Below, in pieces: positions 12,991-26,916 of a stretch of 64,000 bases of DNA. A program made the translations under genes and the position numbers. Numbering within the stretch: the stretch's first letter is position 1; each line of letters opens with the position of its first letter. The notes under the pieces were generated by a model. It worked only from the letters and a program-made list of their open reading frames with translations, did not search any database and had not been told where the DNA came from. This DNA comes from Syncephalis fuscata S228 (Eukaryota; Fungi; Zoopagomycota), in NCBI GenBank assembly GCA_025786725.1, contig JAHLTZ010000059.1, forward strand, positions 1 to 64,000. Direction: 5' to 3'.

Positions 12991-13608
12991 GGCGTTACTT
13001 TATTAAGAAACAATTTGAGATCTCTACAAATAATCAGTATGAGCAATACATAATATTATTAAAATAAATTACTAAATAAATTAATAGCATTATTTGTTTA
13101 TTTAAAGTTGCGTATGTATAATTGAAGACATAGCTTACCTGTAGATTACAATACAATAAAATAATGCTAAAAATGAAATATCGAAAATGGATAGTGTTTT
13201 ATTTGTCTGCAACTTTGCATGCCTTTTATATTTGTGTAGCCTCGGTTATTTTGGTTGAAACTAGCAAATAAAAGAAAAAGAAAATAAAATAAAAAATAGA
13301 AAGTAAAAGATAAATGCAAAAGAATATTCGTTTTGCGTAGGCCATGCAGTGGCCATGTTCTATGGTCGATGTTTAAAGCATTGACCATAGTGCTAAATAA
13401 AGTTATGTTCAATGGCACCGGAAGGCCATCGTGCTACAATTAGTGCCATGCAAATAGTACGATAGGACTATTTTGCTATACTAATAATAAACATTTTACG
13501 TTGCAGAAACACTCTTTGTGCACCCATGCATTGATGCAAATGAGCACATGCACAAGCGTGTATATGTATGTACACCACGCCTATATGTATAGGATGGTTA
13601 TCGTCTGA

Positions 13609-15250
13609 TTAAACGTGCCAGCTAGTGACGGCGCGTCGTTGTTCAATACGCGTGTCACGACCACCATGCTGGCCTAGTTCGTGTAATTCACGCGTTACCG
13701 CGACATTGGACGAGACGGGTAACTCGATACTGTGCGGCCGTTCATTACGTAGAACTGGCCGTCCAGCCAGTAATGAACTATAGTGATAGCCAGATTTTGA
13801 CTTGTTGCCATTACCAGGTACCGATGAAATAGAGACACGACACGATGTATCATGGTAGTGGTGATGGTGATCGCTGCAACCGTCGTCAAACGATGATTTA
13901 CGCATGTATAATGCGTGTGTGTGCTGTACGATAAGCATGCTGATGGTGGTGTTGGTGGTGGTGATCACAGTGTGACAAAGCGCTATTTACACTGCCAACA
14001 GACGGTGCACCCGATGAATTGGCTGCAATACTACGGCGACCACGAGACCACCAATGGCTGCCTGGCTGACCAAATGTACCGGCCGGCGAGGGTGCCGCTT
14101 TAGATGAGACGTGAGATTCGATAGATGACGATGTAACCGAAGCCAGCGATGTTTGTGATTTATTTTTAGGCGGTTGTAGTCGTAGTGATTGGCGCTGCGA
14201 TGACGGTACGCTAAGATGTAATGAAGAGTTGGACACAAATTCAGCCGATACAACAAGCGGTGAGGGCGATGGTGAGGGCGGTGTTTCTGTTACTATTGCC
14301 ACGCTTGATGATAAAGAAGATGAAGCACTTTCGCGACTACCACGTAATCTTAAAGTAAGCATACGAGGTGGCACCGATGGGCTCATAAGCTCTGAAGGAA
14401 TATGCAGATCCGGCTCGCTAAGAGTAGACGGCTCTTCAGCTACACTTGTTGTTGCAACGTTAGTGTCGGTGATGGTAGTGGCTGCTGCGCCATAAGCCAT
14501 ATCTGTAACTATAGCAGGTGTGTTTTTTGTAAGGGATGTACTATTTCTACGCAATGTATCAGCCAGTGATCCATGCCGCCATAATGTCTTGCCCAGCATC
14601 GTATCAGTAAGTGAACGTTGGCGACGAGTATTACCATTGAATAGATCACTATGTGTATTCTTTTCATTACTCGCTACCATTTTCTTGCTATCAAATAAAG
14701 CATCGGTTTCTGTTTCATCTTGCCGCTGCAATGTATGAAAATCCACCGAATGGCGCATATCATGCTTATTTTTCTTAGTCTTACTTGACCTTGAAAACCG
14801 TTTACGATGGCCGGTAAGACTACGTTTCACAAACCTGGTTAAATTATTCTCACTACTGGCCGATGGCAATGTATCCTCATCGTCATTATCATGTTGCTGC
14901 CCTTGATATTTATCGGTAATGGTGGTTACACATGGTTCGGACTTTCCATGATGTGCCATCTGTAAATGATCTTTACTAATGGCAGCTTGTGCTGCATTAT
15001 GATGTGTTGGCAATAATGAGAGCGGCTGACTATTGATATCTTGAGAGACGACCGGTTTATGCTCGGTTAGACTGCCATTAGGCAACCAATCAGCGCCGGT
15101 CTGACAAGGCAGCGGCCCTTCCAACGATGTAAAATACATTGGTAGTCGGCGCGATGTCTCATCAATGTCAATACTTTGTGTGCGACACATAATAGAGGAT
15201 AGGAAACGGCGAAGACGTCGCCGCGGTGGCGATGAAGACCGCCGTTTCAT
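13609..15250 (-). CDS. Hypothetical Ser/Thr/His-rich disordered protein (probable frameshift near 13900-13920)
   Basis: 450-aa ORF 13898-15250 overlapping ORF 13609-13968; GC above intergenic background; no recognisable domain. Confidence 0.6.
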
Positions 15251-17015
15251 GAAAAGCGACTATCTAACTAACCGACTAAATAGATGATAAATAAATAACT
15301 AGCTAATTAGATAGATAGATAGATAGACTGGTGGATTGGTACCAAGTACCGTTTGTAGTCAATTTCTAGAAAAGATGGCACAAATGTAATAATAAACGTG
15401 AATGCTAATGGCTATCAATGATCAATAGGTTGTATAAAATTAGGGAAAACATAGATGGCCTATTGAATGTGATAAGCAACGTATCGATTATAAAATTGTA
15501 ATAATAACAATAGCAATAATCACTACAATTACTACTACGGCTACTACGGCTACGATAAATGGGAGGCGAAAATTGTATAAAATTAAAGGATTGGTAAGAA
15601 TGCTTTTTAAACACAAAATAAAGAGTATGGTCGTGCGGTTAAATCAAGGATGAATCAAGGTGGCAGTGACTGCGTGGTATTTAAAAAGCCTGTCGTGATG
15701 TTGTTTTGAATGTGGGGAGAGATAATGAAAGAGCAAGTTGATGAAATAGCTACGCGCTTAAAGGAAACTTCCATTCGTCAAAACAAGGAATCTCAATGCC
15801 GCCAGGTCCTATGTATATCAACGTACGTGTGGACGTGCATGTACATTTATATGGTAATAACGGTGTTGTTAATCACAAATCACTTGTTGTGTAATTCAAT
15901 TTATTGCTGCATTGGCAAGAACAACAACAGTACACAGACAATAACAACAATAACAATATCAATAAAACTGACCGTAAAAATGGCTGTGACAACTTGTAAA
16001 AGGCCAAATAACCGGTAAATGGATCAGTTCTTGTATATCGAGCACCAAAAGTCGAGGCGTAAGCATGAGATTTGCGCGCCAATGAAATGTTAGCAATGTG
16101 GTAGAAAAGGAGGATCCTATTTGGTGTGTGTGTGTACTTGTGTATCAGGAGCCACTATAGCTCGTGTGGGTGTATGTATGTGTATGTGGCTGTTTGTTTG
16201 GCCACATGTCATCCACGATAATGATAATAATTATTACTTGAACAATTACATGTGGCGACTACACTCTTCCTTCCTTCTAGAGTAGCCATTTTTCGACCAG
16301 CTGTGCCGATGTTGTAACACGCAATAAACGAGTCGATGACAGTATTTATTACTAGCAAGTCGATTACTCGATATTTTGGCATAACCACATCATATCAATG
16401 TATTTATATTGTAAAGTCATTAGTATCTCTATTATGATTATTATTATTAGCGAGTTATACAAAGGCCAGTACACAAATAGTTGCAAATCAAAGGGCTTTT
16501 ATTACACCACTGTGATATGGACCCATGTTGTTTGCTTAAACGTAGTACTAAAAACAATCTCGTTTAGTAAACAGTAAAACAGCCACAGTATACCAAGGCC
16601 AAATCTACTAAATTGGACCATCTCGCCTTGTAATATGTGTGTGTGTGTGTGGTGTGTTATGTGCACCAATATGTGTGGTGAGATTATATTTGTCTTTATT
16701 CCTCGTAACTACCCATTTTGTATGGCTGTCTATTCATTAACATGACATCATATAGCAATCCGCCTTGACTCTAGTGCATATGCATGCCTATATATACTCG
16801 TGCCATTCCTCTCTCTATAGTTATATAACCAGTTCTGCCTATCACAACATCTCGGCCCATCTGGCTAGACTCACGAGTGCATAAAAGCATGAATGGCAAG
16901 TTTAAGGGGAATTAATTAAATTACCAAATTGGGTAATCTAAGTAATGCGTGCTGATCAATTTATTAGACAAAGTTTATTCAGCCAATTGCTTTATTCTAA
17001 ATAGTGCCAATCCAT

Positions 17016-19123
17016 TCAATTGGGCGTGCCTTGAGGTTTAGTTTTACGCCGTTGCACATAAGCTCGCACCTGGACATGTCCTTCATCGGTGACTACAAGC
17101 ATTCGTTTATTCTTGCTATACCATGTCACTACACCGAGTTCTTGAGCATATTGCAGCACCGTATCAAAGTCTTGTTGTCGCGCAAATTGTTGATATAGAA
17201 ATCCTATTAATACATAGCTATCATAAGCACTTGCAATCTATGGTAATATGAATAGCCACTTACCATGAGTAGGCTGTAAGCGATTCTTCTCCATCTCCCA
17301 TAAACGAATTTGATCCACAACGGTTAATGGCAAAATGGGTGTCTAGATGCAAGTTAATCAATTAATTAATCAATTATTTTATTTACTGTTCATGTCACTT
17401 ACTTGTTGTCGCATAAGTGGATGGGCATGTGAAGATAAATAAGTTACAATCTATGATGTTTTAGAATAAGTAACCTTTAATCTATATCTCTATTACTATT
17501 ACCTGATCGGACGTAATACCATTGGCCAGAGCCGAACGAATGCTTTCACGGGTAACAGCACCGCATACCATATTTTGAAATCGACTGCGCATTGTGCAAA
17601 ATAAGCTCAACACAGCAATTTGTAACGGAGAATCTACAATGCATTCCAATATTATCAATAGTTAGATAAATTGACTTGACAAATTCTACTCACCAGTATA
17701 AGCATAGACTCGATAGTTTGTTTCAAGAATAATATAGCCGCTTTCACCTTGTTCTGACGCCAGTGTGGCCGAGTGGCCTGACGCCAGGGTAATCGCCAGT
17801 CTAGTTGGATAATAGCGTCGAGATCCTTTCTATATCATACTTTTAGTAAGTCATAGATGTTGCTGCACCAACACTGTCTACAACCTTTCTTCGATAACAA
17901 AGACCATAGTCTTGGAGGTCATCGAGCATTCTTCGCTGTGTATCGGTTAATGGCTCAACAGAGTAATCCTACACACTCAATATAAGCTTTAATCGCCCTT
18001 GGTATCTATCATTGCCTACTTTGCCTAGTTCAAGTGTGCCCAATTGAAATAGAAAGTTGAGCACTTCTACTAAATCCATGCCCAGATCCTAGCCGTCTTT
18101 TAGCCTATTTAAATTCTTTTCATGCTGTCCATGTCTTTATTTACCTGAACCATATCTAGATATTGCAGTAGAAATGCCCACATTTGTGTATTGACATCTT
18201 GTAGTAAAAATTGAAATCCCTTATTGGTGATGGCCATAGACACCGAGTCGGCATCGCCCGTATGACTAGTTCAGTTAGTTTCATCGCTCGTAATTGCCTA
18301 TCATCTTTATTACCTTGATGCCATAAGACCGGAACGGCGAAGTAGATTCAATGCTGCTCGGCCCGGTCGTTTTGTCACCGCAGTACCAATCATAAAATGC
18401 AAAATGGCCTATTCCATATTGATTATTATCGCCATACCCTTTATATTATTGCTTACCTCCCATTGTTGTGTGGCATAACTATCTAGAAATGCTTCATCAA
18501 CTGAATGTTTATCGGGCACTTGACATGGCACACCAAATGTACCATGCTCACCTCTATAATAATAACAATAATAATCCACAACAAGTAAACAACACGTCAA
18601 TTTACTATTGCTTATTAATTCAATTTAATACTTACCCGCCAGTTAGTGCATTACGCAATTCACGACCAAATACAACATTCATACGTAATTTGTTTTCAGC
18701 TGCGTTACTATTATTTTTGCTACTATCGGCATGTTCGATAATATGAAGTCTAACTAGTTTCTGTAGACTTTCGTTGAATGTTCTATTACGATATTGCAGA
18801 ATAGCTGTTAAAAGCCAAATCAATACAAGTGCTGCTCACTTACTCTGCGTATTCTTGGAAACAACGCGCAGCAATATCAGCTGCTGCTACGTCACCTTGT
18901 ATATAAAGTAAGGACATAACGAGCTGCTTGGCAAGATTCGGCAGCAATCTATCGTGGACCTTGGATTAGTCCAAGCTAGTCATGATATTGAATCTTACCG
19001 AAATACGGCCAGACAAGACGCTGGACTCTGGTAGAGTCGCTGGCATGTTTGTGCTGGTAACGTTTCTAAATACTCATCGATGGCGGTGCGGAAATGCGAA
19101 TGCTCGCTATCTGCGGCCGGCAT
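17016..19123 (-). CDS. TFB2: TFIIH subunit Tfb2/p52, about 13 exons
   Basis: [107 protein letters not shown]. Confidence 0.95.
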
Positions 19124-19410
19124 GACTAAAGCAATACTGCGTATGCCGCAAATAATACACTACGCGACAATAAAAGAAGATTGTTTAGTAGCTAGTATGA
19201 TAGTTGCAATAATAATAATAATAATAATAATAACGGTGTAATAAAAGAAAGCACAATTAAAAATGATACCTCGGCTTATTGCTATTCTATTAAAACATTT
19301 ACTTTGTAGAAACGTTATTTACTACAAAATATACATTCATATCAATTAATGTATATTGGTCACGTCTTAGTAATAAATATATAAAACATAGCAGCTTTAA
19401 TTAACGTCTA

Positions 19411-20840
19411 TTAAGGGCGCCAATAAGATTGAACATGATCAGAATCATTCGGTAATCCAAATCCTTCTGTAATCTTGGTAGTTAAATAGCGTAGATCTTG
19501 TCCCATGACCGTAATACGTATGCTGTAATCAACAGCCTGTGGATGTTCTTGTGCTGCTTTGGTTAGAGTACATCGACCAAAAGCACTATTAACAATCCAC
19601 AGATCGTTGGTATCGTGGTCGACAAATCGAACAAATCCTTTGACCCGATATACTTGATCGGTGGGCAGCGATGCAAGGAATGTTTCAAGTGTAGAACGGG
19701 TTAGCGAACTTGCAACAGACGCTGCAAGTGTTAGTTGAACAATATCGATTTCACGTGCATGGTGGTGTCGTAGCTGTTCTATTGCTTCGAAATCTGTTGG
19801 TTGTTGACGTGAAAATAGTGGCGTATCAAGACCAAATGCCATCTGCGGTGATAGTCCTTGAGTCAAATCAACCTTAAGTTTAGGTGTATCCGTATTAAGA
19901 TCGTTGACATGATCAATAACTTTATCTAGATGACGTTCATCGACCTAATCATACAATATAATAGTGTTTATTGCGCAATGACTATTAATAAAAATACACC
20001 ACTTACCAGCTCGTGTTTATTAAGTATAATGAGATCGGTGTATTTGGCCTGCATCTTTGCTGTATATGATGTGTCTTCATATCCCATGAAATTAACGCAA
20101 TCAATTACAGTTAAAATGGCATCGAGGACAAATCCATTCGATGCCATTTCGCGTATTTGCCATGCAATAGGCGCTAATAAATGATAATTGCAATTAATAC
20201 TTGATGAACAGCATTAGCATTATTTACTTGCCTGGAAATGCTGATCCACTTGTCTCGACAATAACACGATCTGGATTATATTTTTCTATTTCATTTAACA
20301 TAATCATTAGATTAAGCAGATAGCTGACCGCTGTTCATTGGCTATGTCTTATATAATCTATTATGATATTTATATACCTTGAAGTTCAAGCAATGCATTC
20401 TTCATTTGTCCAACCAAAACACAGCATAAACAGCCATTAAGCATTTCCTGGATCTATTAGTATATATATATATATATAAGTCATTCAATACTATAGAAGC
20501 AATAAAAGTTCCTACAGCAACGTTGCTATCTCGTACTAGCGCACTATCCACCTCAACGTCGCCAAATTCATTTTTAAGAACCACTAGTCAAAATAAATAC
20601 AGCAATTCATAGTATGTTATAGTAAATACTTACCAATCTTATAATCACTGGGCACTTTACTAAGCAAAGATAAAATAATACTTGTTTTTCCAGCACCTAG
20701 GAATCCTGTAAACACAGTAACTGGCACAGTTTTAGTGTTGTGGTTATTTAGATAGTCATGGCTGCAAAGACGTGATGGAAATGTATAAAGTTAGCTTATT
20801 TAAAATAAGAAAACAGACAGTAAAATACGTTGTTTGCCAT
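19411..20840 (-). CDS. COG0523/CobW-family G3E P-loop GTPase (putative metal chaperone)
   Basis: VPVTVFTGFLGAGKT, VLKNEFGDVEVD, EMLNGCLCC, DRVIVETSG, IILNKHEL, CobW_C VYRVKGFV. Confidence 0.92.
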
Positions 20841-21154
20841 TTGCCAGCTTTTAAGTTGAAATAGAAACTATGGCTAAATGACCTATTAAACAACTAATAT
20901 CATAAATGACAATGTATATATTAAAGCAATAATAGAAATAACTAATTAATTACATTATTATACCAATAATTACATATAAATTAATTAATGTTGGATGTAA
21001 TATTATACATGTTACAGTGGTGGATAAGTGTTTAATTGTATTTAAAAGTATTAAGAAAAATGAAATGAAATGAGTAAATAAAGATATGGATAACGTATAA
21101 TAATCATTCAAAACACAATAGCAAAGCAGAGGTCTTTTTCTTTACATTAAAAGT

Positions 21155-22704
21155 ATGTTTGGACCTGAAAACAAGATTCCCGTCTTATTTCTACTTCTAA
21201 TCATTGCGATCATACTTCGCTTCTAAGTCGGAAGCAAGCCAGTTTGCGTCATAAATCCTTAATAGAGGCCGCGCTAACTCGTCGAACTAACCAAGTAACG
21301 GGTAAACATTTTGACAAACAACTAGTTTAGTTAGTAACATTATATTTTTACTTATGTTTATTCTGTTATTGGCGTTATTAAACAATAGCTCCCTCTGACT
21401 GTAACGATCAGAATGGCTCATTAAACGTAAATGATGATATAGATAAGGATGGTTGTTTACAAAGGAGGTGGCAGTTAAAACACTTCACTGGTTACTTGAA
21501 CATTATACGACGCAAGCATCCAATCATTTGACATCAAGTGTAGAAAAAAGTATGTTAAAACAGTCTTATTGATTGCATCTACTTATCCAAGATATTGGTG
21601 CAAATAGAACTTTGCGAAGCAGCACTAATTGCTGATCAGGCCGTGTTTGAAAAAAGATGTCAAAAATACATGGCCGAACTGGAGGAAGTCAAGAATACAA
21701 TAGCACAGGATCGACCATCACATCCTGATGCTCGTCTATCGGTAATTACAGCCGTGTTAGTGATACACGCGGCAACTCCACGTAACCCGTCGGAAATACC
21801 TTGGCATAGTATGAAACGAGCTATTTGTTTATGGGATCGCTTACACTTTAGCTATCTGGCACTGGCAAGAAGTAAAGAAGGTCATGTGCTGCCTTCGCTG
21901 CCACTGATCGATATGGGCGATTGGGAGAAGTGTGATGATTTTCAGTTTGTTTCAATGGCTCTACGGCGCGAGGTAGGTGATGAACAATGGACAATAGGCT
22001 ATAGACACTGACTGGAGCGGTTTATACACTTATGTTTAGTTTGCCTTACATGTAGTGGCTGAATCATGGTCAGATACAACTCGGTGTATGGCAACGCTGA
22101 ATTGGCTATTTCCATCTAAAACACGGAATGATGGTTACGATACAATTAAGCAGCAGTTACAGATAGATGAATTGTATTTGCAACGGAATTTAATGCAAAT
22201 AACAGCTGGTGATTTAAATCAGCCATTTTTACCATTACAAAATGTTGATAATATTCGATCAGAGTTGATTAATTTGTTACATACCATGACGGAATATGCA
22301 CGAAAACATTCGATTGGCAGGTAAGTGGTTTGCAATAGCGAATATAGAATGACTAGTTAATTAGCTTTAATGGCCTGTGTTATTAAAAGTGTTGCCGAAC
22401 AAAATAAATGGGGTGTTACCCAGTGTCCAGCATTTGCGAAAGCGGCTAGACGTGTTAGTTGGCTATCGATACGGCGTACGGTTCGTCATCAGCTAGTATG
22501 GCTACTTAAACAATTGCAAATAGAATACATAGCCAGTAATAATTTTCTTGAAGAGCAGCAGCTATTGGGTATTGCTGATAGTGATGATGTATTAACACGG
22601 GTATGGAATTAATATGATGTTAAATGTCGCTAAACTTTATTTAGATTGCTAAATGGGACGTTTGGAATCAAGAACAACTGAATGCGTTGCAAATGGTAGA
22701 ATAA
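21155..22704 (+). CDS. Hypothetical multi-exon protein
   Basis: Successive same-strand ORFs (21595-22011, 22055-22324, 22370-22612) bounded by GT..AG short introns; last exon IAKWDVWNQEQLNALQMVE*; start uncertain. Confidence 0.5.
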
Positions 22705-22817
22705 TAAAACATAATTGATATATTGGTAAAAAGCAATAGTGTAATAATGGTTGTTAGATAGTTATTATCATAAGCGCAATAATAGTATATCAATAATTAT
22801 TTAATCAATTCAAGTCG

Positions 22818-24068
22818 ATTCAGGTACAAAGCTTGTAATAAGTGTTGTTTTCTTATTCATCAATAGCATGTGCCGAATGCAAGTCTAAAATAATACACCT
22901 TGATATTGGAAATGGATAAACGTTTACATTCCCTGTTACAATATCAATAATGCAACATTGGTTAGTGGTATAACTATAGCCAATAATTTTTGTATCAATG
23001 AGGTTCTGAAATTGACAAAATGTATCACATAGGGTGCTTATATCAATGCTACGCTGGATCTTTCCATCAATAATGAAATGATAACCAGTGGCAGACTGCA
23101 TGTCGTGTAAAATGCGACCAAATATGTGCAGGAATTAAAAGCACCTTTCATAACTATTGATGGATAAAAACATTCAAAAATAGTTCCTTGCTTAAGAAAC
23201 TACTCTGATGTAACGCTGCCAACTTTTTACACTGTCATTCAAAGCACTTTTATGTTGGCAAAAGCAGCAGAAAAACAATACACATCACCGTCAATCAAAT
23301 AGGCTTCTAATTGCTGCGTGGATGCGTCGTTGGGCAAATTCAAACGTTTTGATGCAATTTCAGTTATTTTCGGTGTATCGTAATTGGTCATCAACAAATT
23401 GGCATCAGGAGTCAATAGAACGCGTATTATCTTATACAAGCTTGCCATTCCCAAAACAACGTATTGCAGGAGGACTATTTCGTTATTGTTTACCGTATGT
23501 ATTTTAAACATATTATATTGGCCAATGTTCAATACATTAATGCGCTGAGGCTCATCTACTTGCAATTTTGAAAGATTCCTATAGAACAGCTTAGTGATGC
23601 CATTGCTTTGCTATTGGAACAATAACATGGACGCATTTATAATTCTACCATCCCAATCGCCATTGAGATTGATAGACTGTAGCAGTTGGCGATGATTTGT
23701 GTTCCATACTTGAAGTACCTCTGGAGTGTTTCCAGCGTATTTTGAATGTAGAATTAAACGCAAATCTTTATCGTTGCCATTTACTTGCTGTCGATATTGA
23801 TAAAACCTTATGGCTTTTATCGCTTTTAGATGGGTTTTATCCAGATCTAGTGGATATGTTTTGGCTGTATTTGTCGACAAGAGTTCAATCAAATCAATAT
23901 CCCAATCTCGGCCAGTTGATATTGCAAACCAGCCAGGATAACTTGCAATAATTGCTGGCAAGTAATTTCTAAACTTATTATTTGAGTCATAACAAATGAT
24001 TTTAAATGTACTGTTGATGTTGGCTTGTTTTTTGCCAATTAAACCCGTGCCAATACGCTGGCTGTATA
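22818..24068 (-). pseudogene. 5'-truncated, frameshifted copy of the F-box-like gene at 37297-38860
   Basis: Near-identical reverse complement of 37597-38851; identical peptides (HLKAIKAIRFYQYRQQVNGNDKDLRLILHSKYAGNTPEVLQV; DGKIQRSIDISTLCDTFCQFQNL). Confidence 0.8.
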
Positions 24069-24541
24069 ATATCTGTACTTTTGACAATATTAATGATGTA
24101 CTTGCAAATGATATATTCGGCTACATTACCAACATAAATTGTTACACTGTTCACACACATGATTACTATTTAAATAAAATCATTATTATAACCACGTCCA
24201 TTCATTTTTATGCTTAATATAACAACTTGTACAAAATTGGTGTTAACATACCTACACGGCTAATGATTGTTGATTGTTAAATACAGATAAGCCTTGACAT
24301 AAATATAATAACTTAATCAAATATAATTAAAATGGAACCATGTGTTTATTATTGCAGTTTGTACGACTGAATAGGTACAGTTATGTGCATACTTGCTGAT
24401 AATCCAATGATACCATTGATTAGAGAGTGAATAAACCAGAGCACTGACTGAAACTTGCTGTATGAATGGGCTGAACGGCAAAGGTAGGATGGTCTTGTTT
24501 CCACAAAATATATACCAAAAATATGTTAGCTGGTAATTCAA

Positions 24542-24777
24542 TTATGCAAGCTTTAAATGACTGGAGCCGTTACCGCCTGTGCCAACGTGAGCGTATATGC
24601 CTTGGTAGCTAGGGGTAGCGCCATCTTCAAGCAGCTAGCACAATAACCTTCAAAATTTCGACATTCGCAAGAGTCAAAGTTTTCACGACGGGCTAGAGCT
24701 GGCTTGGCATCCACCATGACTGTAGTAGCTACAAAAGCCACGACGACGGTGCAAACGACGGCAATGGAAAGCTGCAT
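24542..24777 (-). CDS. Small secreted Cys-containing peptide precursor
   Basis: MQLSIAVVCTVVVAFVATTVMVDA signal, KPALARR pro-segment, then ENFDSCECRNFEGYCASC; GC-rich island in AT-rich DNA; stop at 24553 as read, or 24542 if one T is missing. Confidence 0.65.
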
Positions 24778-26916
24778 GGTAATGTTGACTTGTTGAAACA
24801 AAGTAGAGCAAAAAGTAGGAAGCGGTAGTTTAAAGTAGATAGTTGCAAGTACTTGCCAGCAAGTAAAAAATGATAACCTAATGTATGTGGTTTCCTAGAG
24901 TAGATAGAATAAATGTTTAGTAGAAAGCAGAATGTGGTGATAATGTCACTGGTCAGTTGTGTGCATTTTGTGGGCTATTTAACATATTTGTGTTATGGAA
25001 GTGTTCAATCAATGCATAGAGCAGCGAACATTAGTTTATTACTTAATTTAGTAATATAGTTGCCAAATAATTAATGATGGGAAAACATTAATAATATATT
25101 TATAAATGTATGTATTGCATTTAAGGAAATACTAAATAAGATATTTATAATAATGTTTTGGTTATTGTGTGAATTTTATGGGTTATTCAACTTTCTAACT
25201 ACGCTAAAGCGCCAAGAAATGCATTGTATTAACTATTCCATTGCGCGTTAATAAAATCAATATCAACACTCACATGCAATTTGAATTGTGTTTATACCGA
25301 TATACCAATGGTATGCTATTATACAATAACTAATTAACTCAGCCTACTCAGACATCTGAAATAGCAATACCGGTAATTCAATGCGTATATTGCAGGGATG
25401 TATATATTAACCTGGGTTCTATTACGCAATTTGGTCATTTAACGATATAACCTGTAATTCACAAAAAATAATGACTACTTTGCTGTCCCTTCTATCAATT
25501 CAAGCATCAGTATTTATATATAACCAAGCCAACACAATACTAATGCATTAACAAATTTAATAAAATATACGGCATTTTGCACAAACATATACTTTTGTGC
25601 ATAAACCAGCCATACCTTTTCAAATCATAAAAATTACTGATTGGTTCACAAATTTATTTAATTCAACACTATAAGAACTATTACATAAATAACTAGTGTT
25701 TGAATTTATAAATACGTTATATCCAAGTATACAAATGCCAAAAATTGTGCTATCTCCGACACTTCATACGATAGCTAATCGGAATTAGCTAAGAATTAGT
25801 TGTGCAATAGAAACTATTGTAGTGCAATACATCGCTATATCTTAAGAAATAATCATTTCACTCAATCATTGACGACATTAACGTTTGACTGTAAAATAAG
25901 CTGTATTTATTAAATTACATACAACACAATTTTTAAAACTAAATACACACATCATACAGTATCAGACAAATAATATTAGTGTTGAATGTACAGCGGTAGC
26001 GGACCGCATATTAATCAATAATCACTCAAAATCTAGTTGATAATATATGTTCAAAAACATGACTCTGATAATAGATTAAACAAAGTTTTCGACAAAATAA
26101 CAAACTAAAACAGAGGTTAATGAAAAGCATTTGGTAATACAAGTATTAATGGTTCAGCTTAATAGCAAACTATTACAGGTATGCCAGCCTGTATTGGGTT
26201 TAATAAATTTAACTAGTGTTGATGCAGTTAAAAAGACAATGCTAAGCAGAAGTGAGTTATAAAAAAAAGAAAACATTGCGTATAATACCTAATAATTTAA
26301 TTACTTTCTAAAATTAAATTAGCAAAACCTAATGATTAAATAACATATTATTATTTGTAGTATTTATTTATAAATGTTTTAATATTTGTGTCATATATTG
26401 ACTTAGTCAAAATGACAACAGCGCGATCATATACGCAATTCATAAAAGCCACAACATATGGTCAAAACGTTTAATTATATATTAACAAGAACTTGGTGTA
26501 CAATAAAAGAAGCTATACAGTGCTTGATTTTTAGCTTGTAATTGTATATTTGGTGTTGATATAACTGCAGCCAAAAGAACATAAACTAAACACAACTTTT
26601 ACATTAAATCAAACCATTAATGATGATTCTACTATAACATTATATATTTATTAATTAATAAAATCAAAGAATGACGTGTTTTTTTGTTACCATTTTTATA
26701 AAATATACTTTTCTTTTTTCTTCACGTTAATTGCTACTTTTTGTTTCAACTTTAATGGTTATTGTTACTACAACTGCTATAGTTGTTATAAATAGTATTA
26801 TATTTCTATAGTCGCGCCATAGTTTAACATACTCAAGTATTGAGACAGCAGTAGCACCTGCATAAACTAGCTTGATCATTGAATAGTCCCGCTACTTGGT
26901 GTATGCACAATTTGTG

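Noticed and set aside
17758-17810. GCCAGTGTGGCCGAGTGG resembles the 5' end/D-arm of a tRNA-Leu/Ser
   Set aside because: No T-loop (GTTCRA) or acceptor-stem partner; it is the antisense of a TFB2 exon ([10 protein letters not shown]).
19411-20840. Functional link between the COG0523 metal chaperone and the His-rich repeat precursor
   Set aside because: They are 42 kb apart with many unrelated genes between; no evidence of clustering.
24900-26800. Long gene-free AT-rich tract, possibly a decayed gene
   Set aside because: No ORF of 60 aa or more and no recognisable motif or repeat that I can support.
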